From: Octopus bimaculoides
Lineage: Eukaryota
Length of the DNA stretch: 52,866 nt
Assembly: GCF_001194135.2 (NCBI RefSeq)
Contig: NC_068983.1
Span: 144,041,995 to 144,094,860, forward strand
Reading direction: 5' to 3'
The notes beneath the pieces were generated by a model that did no database searches, was not told where the DNA came from, and was given only the letters and a program-made list of their open reading frames with translations. A program made the position numbers and the translations under genes. Shown piece after piece: positions 45,357-52,866 of this stretch; position 1 is the stretch's first letter, and each line of letters opens with the position of its first letter.

Positions 45357-46633
45357 TGTTTTATGTCTTTAAGTCTAAATTTTACAGTGCAATGCTTCGT
45401 TATTACGAATGCCTCTTGCCCTGTCATTATCGAAATAAGTTGGCGACTGTTCAGAACACCAGCCAATTTATAGTTGCATATACAGGTTTTGGACATAACT
45501 TGTAGATATCGATTGTTTATTTCACTGCTACAGATCTCCGTTCAAATAGGTGTAACTAGGTGTTAATCATCATTATCAGCAAGAGCAACAACAAAAATAA
45601 TTATAGAAAACAACAACAGAATCGAAACTTGATAAACCTGCGACATTTGTTTTTGTCTGTTGCGTGCATATTTACAGTATGACAGATAACTTAGTGCACA
45701 CAAATGTTTAGTTCACTTGAATTTCGATGAAAGTAAAATAAAATTATCTTCTATCTTTCCGAAGACTTTCAACTTCCTTTTCTTGATGTTTTTTCCCTTC
45801 TTCTGTGGAACGATATTTATGATAATGAGATGTGTGAAGATACATACAGATATAAGTTATAATAAAATGTTCGACATTTTCAATGCATAATAGTTTTTCG
45901 GAACTAAAATCAGCTATTTTCTCTATATGAAATTGATATTTTTTAGAATATTTTTCACATCTTTCCTCACAGATGTTTTGACATTATCATCTAGTTAGGA
46001 ATATTTGTTGATAGAAAGGGGGCCAGTCTGCTGGTCAAAATGTCAATAGTTCCCATCTCGTTATAAGCGGCAGTCTGTATCAAATAGATAAGAATAATTA
46101 TTATTCGAGTTTGCGTATAGGTCCCATGGTTAGGTATAGGGAACCATTGTAACCATGGAATTAATCTTCTTTTCCGCCGGGTACTTTCATGCAGGAAACA
46201 TAAAGATCTCGGATATAAATGATTCTGCAAAAAGGAAAACATACAATAACTCAACGATCGATTTTATTTAAAATTTTGTGGGAAGTACAAATGAAAGTTT
46301 TCGTCAATTTTATCGAAGCATGAACTTTAAAGTACTTACCAAAATAGCAATGTATGAGTTCTGGAGTAAATATGAAATAATGTATATTTTTAAGCGTAAG
46401 ACTACAGAATTCATACAGAGACACCACAATGTTATTGCATAACATAACTGCAAAAAATTCTTATTTCTGGAAAACATATCAGTTTGACTACACGAATAGG
46501 TACCAATACCTCAGCCAATTTTCAAACATTACTTGAAACCTTACTTAAAAACACTTCAAAAAATTCCAGCAACACACTTTATTTTGATGTAATATAAAAT
46601 ATGCTGTAAAATGTGTTTGTATATTCATTGGAG

Positions 46634-46690
46634 AACATGGAATATATTTTGAAACAAGGAATATATTTTGAAACATGGACTATATTTTGA
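46634..46690. repeat. 3 x 19-bp tandem repeat
   Basis: aacaWggaMtatattttga three times. Confidence 0.9.
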
Positions 46691-46898
46691 AATTGTATCA
46701 GATATAGACAACGATATAACTGGATCACAACTTCCCAAAACAGACAAAAGAGAAATAATGGAAGCTATACCTTCTACATGAGCATTGTGAGGTCATTCTG
46801 TTATATAAGTTAGCTTACCTATAATGTTGTCTCTCTTTCTCTCCTCTCTTTCTCTCCTTCTCTGTCTCTCTCTGTCTCTCTCTGTCTCTCTCTCTCTC

Positions 46899-46961
<63 letters not shown>

Positions 46962-47264
46962 ATATAAATATATATACATTATAAAACAAAAGAGTACTCG
47001 ATACTTGGAAATGAGATAAACAATCTTTTTACAAGGATTTATGTTGACTTTCATCTAAACAAAATTTCATGCCGGTGGAAATCAGTAATCATGTAACAAG
47101 AATTCAAATCATAAAAGATACACTGCCATTGCAGTTCGTGAGGGATCGTTTGTGATTTAGTTTGTGTGTTTATTTTAACTTGAAAAGGCCTATATATCTT
47201 TTTATTAATTGGCATTTTTATGTTTCGGGTTCTATATGTAACTATGTAATCATGCCACATACAA

Positions 47265-48165
47265 AAGATGCTTTAGAGCTGTCCGATTTCAAAGAGGCCG
47301 TATTGCGGGTCAATCTCAAGGTGAACTTAGCATAACATTGCAGAAAATCTTGGGATCCAGCTTCATACAGTTAATACAGTGATTGTGGAATTCACCATAT
47401 AGGGGAAGGAGTCTACATCCTCTCGCCCAGGTCGACCAGGTCGACCAGGACCCTATGACAGAACACTTAGCTTTGCTACGAGAAGTGTGGAGGATAATCC
47501 TCGTTGCAAGTCCTCTAGCAGTAGAACAGCTGTCAGGTATCTTCCCAAACTTGGCTACAATGGCAGAGCAGTAACAAGGAAGCCACTTCGACCAATATCA
47601 AGCGGAGAAAAGATTGGGCCAGTTAGAGGGTGAAGAGGTCCCTAGAATTTTAAAGCTAGATTTATTGTTTTTTTTTTCTGACAGTGGTCGAGCGTGGGTC
47701 TGGAGACTCTGTGATCATCAATTTGACGTGCAAAGATTGTAGCCAACAATGAAACACTGTGGTTATTCTGTGATGGTCTGGGGAGCAATTTGGAGCAATG
47801 GTCGATTAGAGCTGGTGGAGTGTGAGGGAAACATAAACTCAAATAAATATGTGTCTGTATTACAGAAATGACTCCTTTCAATCTTCTCCAGTGGTGAAAT
47901 GATTAAAGGAGACTTGTTGATTGGTTGGAAGAGAATGGTGTTAAAAATCTTCCATGACCAAACTAGTCACCAGATATGAACCCTATTGAACACTCCTGGG
48001 GCAAAATGGACAGGAAACGTTGAAAAAAGAACAAGAAATCATCCTTAAAGCCAACTGGCAAGAAATTCCTCAAAAGAATATTCGTCATCCGATCAGTAGG
48101 ATCCTTAATAGGGTCTTTGCATTCAAAAATGCCAAAGACAATGTCTACTAAATATTAGATATTCA
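47265..48165 (+). mobile_element. Tc1-family transposase fossil
   Basis: [41 protein letters not shown]...[13 protein letters not shown] and SPDMNPIEHSW; many stops. Confidence 0.88.
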
Positions 48166-48260
48166 CATTATAACAATTAATAAATAATTTGAAAGTATAA
48201 TTTCAGATTATCTGTCATGTCTGCAGCGTATATGCATGTACGTTTGTATATATGCATACA

Positions 48261-48294
<34 letters not shown>

Positions 48295-48891
48295 CATACA
48301 TGCATATATATAGCTATCGTAAATATGAGGGTAATAAATTAAAATAATTTATTACCAGTGGTTAGCATGCATAAATAAAAGTAATAAAACATAACATATT
48401 TAAAAAAATATAAGAGTGTATAAAATATTTTTATACACAGTGCTAACCCCTAGTAATAGATTATTTTAATTTATTACCCTCATATTTACGATAGTAATGT
48501 TTATAGTTCTGAGGCTATTTAGGATGCAGCTTAAATTTTTTAAATTTACTTTTGGACTGTATATTTACTCTCGCGCACAAAGTTCAAACCCTTAAATGGA
48601 TAAAAATGTAGCTGTCTTGCGCACATGTTTTCGGTACGTATTTGCAACTACATAATTATTCATTAATTAGCGATTCCGCTGACGGGCTACAGATTCCAAA
48701 ATAGTTTATTTGGCAATTAATAGCGAAACTCGAGTTCGGGATTAACTAACTTATTTTTTGTTCATTCAAGTATTATAATTGGCATGCCTCATGACTTCTC
48801 TTTTCGTGGTTTGGATTTTAACTGGCCTTTTTAGTATGGAAGGAGTCATGTCAATGGTCTCCTCGTTGTGTATAAAAATATTTTATACACT

Positions 48892-48935
<44 letters not shown>

Positions 48936-49537
48936 TCGCCATGATTGATTGCTAGCCACTATGCCTTTNNNNNNNNNNNNNNNNNNNNNNNNNNNNNNNN
49001 NNNNNNNNNNNNNNNNNNNNNNNNNNNNNNNNNNNNNNNNNNNNNNNNNNNNNNNNNNNNNNNNNNNNNNNNNNNNNNNNNNNNNNNNNNNNNNNNNNNN
49101 NNNNNNNNNNNNNNNNNNNNNNNNNNNNNNNNNNNNNNNNNNNNNNNNNNNNNNNNNNNNNNNNNNNNNNNNNNNNNNNNNNNNNNNNNNNNNNNNNNNN
49201 NNNNNNNNNNNNNNNNNNNNNNNNNNNNNNNNNNNNNNNNNNNNNNNNNNNNNNNNNNNNNNNNNNNNNNNNNNNNNNNNNNNNNNNNNNNNNNNNNNNN
49301 NNNNNNNNNNNNNNNNNNNNNNNNNNNNNNNNNNNNNNNNNNNNNNNNNNNNNNNNNNNNNNNNNNNNNNNNNNNNNNNNNNNNNNNNNNNNNNNNNNNN
49401 NNNNNNNNNNNNNNNNNNNNNNNNNNNNNNNNNNNNNNNNNNNNNNNNNNNNNNNNNNNNNNNNNNNNNNNNNNNNNNNNNNNATATCTATATATATATA
49501 CATATATATATGCGTGCAGACATACATATGTGCCTAC

Positions 49538-49584
<47 letters not shown>

Positions 49585-49872
49585 AATACGGGTGTGTGTG
49601 TGTGCTTGTGTGTATGTGTTTGTTTGTGTGTACTCACATTAGTACAGTCATGTATTTATATTTGTATTTTATAAATTTAAATTCTTATAATCTTATATTT
49701 TTGTATTACATTTCAGTTTTATTTTCCACCTGTATTCCATTACATAACCTTTACTTCCACATATATTTCAATGTACTTCATAATACATTTTCTATTCTTC
49801 AAGCATACTGTATCATTCTGTATCTTCAAGTATCACTCGTCATTTTGTAACGTAAAAAACTGTTGCCTATAA

Positions 49873-50087
49873 GGCGGAGAGCTGGCGGAATCGTTAGCAC
49901 GCCAGGCGAAATGTGTAGCGGTATTTCATCCGTCTTCATGTTCTGAATTCAAATTCCCCACAGGTCGACTTTGCCTTTCATCGTTTTGGGGTCGATAAAA
50001 TATGTACCAATTGAAAACTGGGGCCGATGTAATCGACTTATCTCTCTGCTAAAATTACTTGTCTAGTGCCAAAATCTGAAATCAATA
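49873..50087 (+). mobile_element. SINE family A
   Basis: ggcggagagctggcggaatcgttagcacgccaggcgaaatg...gaattcaaattcc...ggtcgactttgcctttcatc. Confidence 0.88.
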
Positions 50088-50834
50088 GTTACCTATTTAT
50101 ATTATAATACTAGTATAACGGTCTTCGAATTACTGCTTTATTGCATATTAACTCATCTATACTTCACACATAAATTTCATCCAGATCACACTTCTATTCT
50201 TATGGAAGTATGGAAGTTCACCTCTTTCATGAAAACCTACTTACACTCAGAACATAGTCTTTAATATGCAGAACCAAATAATTACTTCTAAAAATAAATA
50301 TGTGAATAATAGATGTTATTACAATTTAATAATCTCACTAGCAATTATATTTCTGAACATTATAATCGAAAATATCAATCCTGATATATAACATATTTTA
50401 CTCCTTGCTTTCTAAATTCTCCTGATGTATACAAATCAATATTATTGTTCTTTACACCAAAAGTAATACTAACATAGAGCTGTAATGTAGAATATAGAAA
50501 TTTATCACTACTACGGTTAACTATTTTTATCTTTACATAATATATTTCAATGTACTTGATTTTGCATTAATACCCTACAGCTTTTTATTATCTTTCTTAT
50601 TCTATTCTTTGCTTTTATTTCCAACTATATAATTGTCGCTTTAGGCTGTTTACGAAGATATGCGGATGTAAAATATATTGTTCTTATCGTAAGTGAAATT
50701 CTGCAATGCCAGTTACTGTACATATAAGTTTTAAAATATTTTTCTTCAGCCGTATAGCTTGATAGCTTGTATATGTATACACCCCGCCATATATACATAT
50801 ATATAAATACATATACATATATTCTCCTATTGTT

Positions 50835-51170
50835 TAATTCTTTTACTGATTTCAGTCATTTACCTGCAGCCATGCTGTTGCATCGCCTTTAGTCGAACGA
50901 ATGGACCCCAAGAATTCTTTGTAAGCCTAAAACTAGTTCTATCGGTCTCTTTTGCCGAATCGCTAAGTTACGGGGACGTAAACACACCAACATCAGTTGT
51001 CAAGCGATAGTGAGGGGACAATCATAGAGACGCGTTTACCAAATCCACTCAGAAGGCTTCAGTAGGCTCGAGGCTGTAGTAGAAGACACTTGCCCAAAGC
51101 GCCACGCAGTGGGATTGAACGCGGAACCATGTGGTTGGGAAGCAACCTTCTTACCACAAGCCACGCCTGC
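50835..51170 (-). mobile_element. SINE family B, uninterrupted copy
   Basis: Minus strand gcaggcgtggcttgtggtaagaaggttgcttcccaaccacatggttccgcgttcaatcccactgcgtggc...gtaacttagcgattcggc...ttcgactaaaggcg...aatgactgaaa. Confidence 0.88.
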
Positions 51171-51333
51171 AACAATACACACACGCGCGCGCGCACACAC
51201 ACACATACATACATACATACAGACACACACACACACACACATACACATATACCGACACACGCACACACACACACATATACATATATATATATATATATAC
51301 CGACACACACACACACACACACATATTTATATA

Positions 51334-51621
51334 CGAGTGGGTGCTGAAAAGTTTCTGGCTTTAAGNNNNNNNNNNNNNNNNNNNNNNNNNNNNNNNNNNN
51401 NNNNNNNNNNNNNNNNNNNNNNNNNNNNNNNNNGTATCGCGAAAGGCCTGGATGATGGCTCAAACTTCCGAGAACTTTTACGGGGCTTAGAAAAACTGAA
51501 GGACTGCTACAATAAGTGTGTGAATTTGAGAAGAGAATATATTGATATAAAAATAAAACGACAATTAACTGATCCTCCTGTATTTACGTTTATCTAAAGT
51601 CAGGAACTTTTCAGCACTTCG

Positions 51622-51624
<3 letters not shown>
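51334..51624. mobile_element. mariner-derived MITE / deletion derivative
   Basis: TA-CGAGTGGGTGCTGAAAAGTTTCTGGCTTTA ... TAAAGTCAGGAACTTTTCAGCACTTCGCTG-TA. The interior resembles the transposase C-terminus (GLEKLKDCYNKCVNLRREYI). Contains an N gap. Confidence 0.8.
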
Positions 51625-51690
<66 letters not shown>

Positions 51691-52276
51691 TGTGTGTGTG
51701 TGTGTGTGCATGCATACATATATATGTATGCATACATACACACAAACACACACACATATATATGTATGTATATAAACACGCCATTTACATATCTTTGTGT
51801 GCTATTGATATAAAAGAGTTTAGTGATCATAATTATTGGACCTATATAATTTTAGTTTCGAAACAATAACAATAGCATTACTTGTTCTTGTTACAAATTG
51901 TTAACATGAAAATCAATATTCACCGCATTTCTGACGATGAAATTCCATAAAGATATTTGTAATTCCGAGCAGAACAAATAGCTCGAAGGTTTTCGTTCGA
52001 AATGCACTTTTTTCTGGTGGATGTTTACATCATTTGCCGTTATACAACCGCAAGATTTACGCATACATGTACACGATTAGACACAGATACACTCACAGTT
52101 ATACACTGAGATATACATGTATAATCGCTCGCTCTCACACTTACACAAACATGCAAACACACTTTTACACAGTTTCCACTCAAAACGGGCCTATGGCAGA
52201 AGACACTGCCCTAGTGTACCTCACCAAAGAACGAAACCGAACCGTAACGTTGCGAATTGTTGTTGATCATCATCAT

Positions 52277-52420
52277 CTTCTTCTTCTTCTTCTTCTTCTT
52301 CTTCTTCTTCTTCTTCTTCTTCTTCTTCTTCTTCTTCTTCTTCTTCTTCTTCTTCTTCTTCTTCTTCTTCTTCTTCTTCTTCTTCTTCTTCTTCTTCTTC
52401 TTCTTCTTCTTCTTCTTCTT
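52277..52420. repeat. (CTT)48 pure trinucleotide tract
   Basis: 144 bp uninterrupted, preceded by (CAT)3. Confidence 0.97.
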
Positions 52421-52499
52421 CTCAACGCGTCTCTCTGCATTAACAGCCACGCCATAGCGGTTAGAGCTGGTCATCCTGCTCGTAAACTTTTACTATTTT

Positions 52500-52866
52500 C
52501 TGTCCAAACTGAGGTCCAGACGAAACTAAAACCCCAACAATATATGTCTTGTTATTATTTTTCTTACTGTATTTGTGTAACATTGTTCGTTTTTTTCCGT
52601 CCTTGTTTTTGTATACATTCGCTGCTTTCTTCCAAGGAATCTAATGCTCTTAGCTTAGTTTTTCCTTGGGGCTGGCCAGATTGGAGCAATATCAAGAATA
52701 ACCAGCCGAAATTGCAAGGATAATCTGGATCTCGACTGAAGAGAAAAAACTCCGAACGACCTGTCCGTGTTTTCTTTGTATCGTCTATCTGGATGTTTTG
52801 TCTCTTTCTTGTATCACCTAACTGTCTGGATGTTTTGCGTTCTTGTCCCATTCTGTATTATTTATA
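52500..52866 (+). repeat. unclassified repeat with an internal tandem duplication (tctggatgttttg) and a CTGAAGA motif
   Basis: Pyrimidine-rich organisation resembling the PLE terminal repeats elsewhere in the window. The duplicated segment lies at 52775-52840. Confidence 0.35.

Noticed and set aside
52730-52770. CTGAAGA-GAAAAAACTCC-GAAC-GACCT-GTC
   Set aside because: Needs at least three changes to restore stem II and GAAA, and stem I does not pair. Kept only as an unclassified repeat.

Overview
AT-rich, gap-riddled eukaryotic scaffold: intronic or intergenic DNA with no recognisable host-gene exon, rRNA, true tRNA or CRISPR array. The tRNA-derived SINE families and the microsatellite load resemble Octopus/coleoid cephalopod DNA, which is inference from recalled repeat families. 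Nearly all listed ORFs are microsatellite or N-gap artefacts. The real content is a layered transposon graveyard: a Helitron remnant, three SINE families, several Penelope-like elements (PLE; RT and GIY-YIG fragments of two lineages), four R4/Dong-type RLE LINE fragments, and Tc1 and mariner fossils. Two things stand out. (1) About ten type-I hammerhead-ribozyme (HHR) motifs, mostly in PLE-type terminal repeats, many with non-canonical cores (CCGAUGA, AUGAAUA with a compensatory A3-U8 pair, CUGUUGA, CUGAUGG) and palindromic stem III. Several are fused to fold-back inverted copies of themselves. The best is a complete-looking HHR at 28756-28811, preceded by a perfect 25-bp antisense arm and a SINE. 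(2) A 1.7-kb element with a CCHC-knuckle ORF1 but no RT, flanked by a perfect 15-bp TSD, sits inside the tRNA-like head of a SINE that itself sits inside a Helitron. All folds were done by eye and ribozyme activity is untested.
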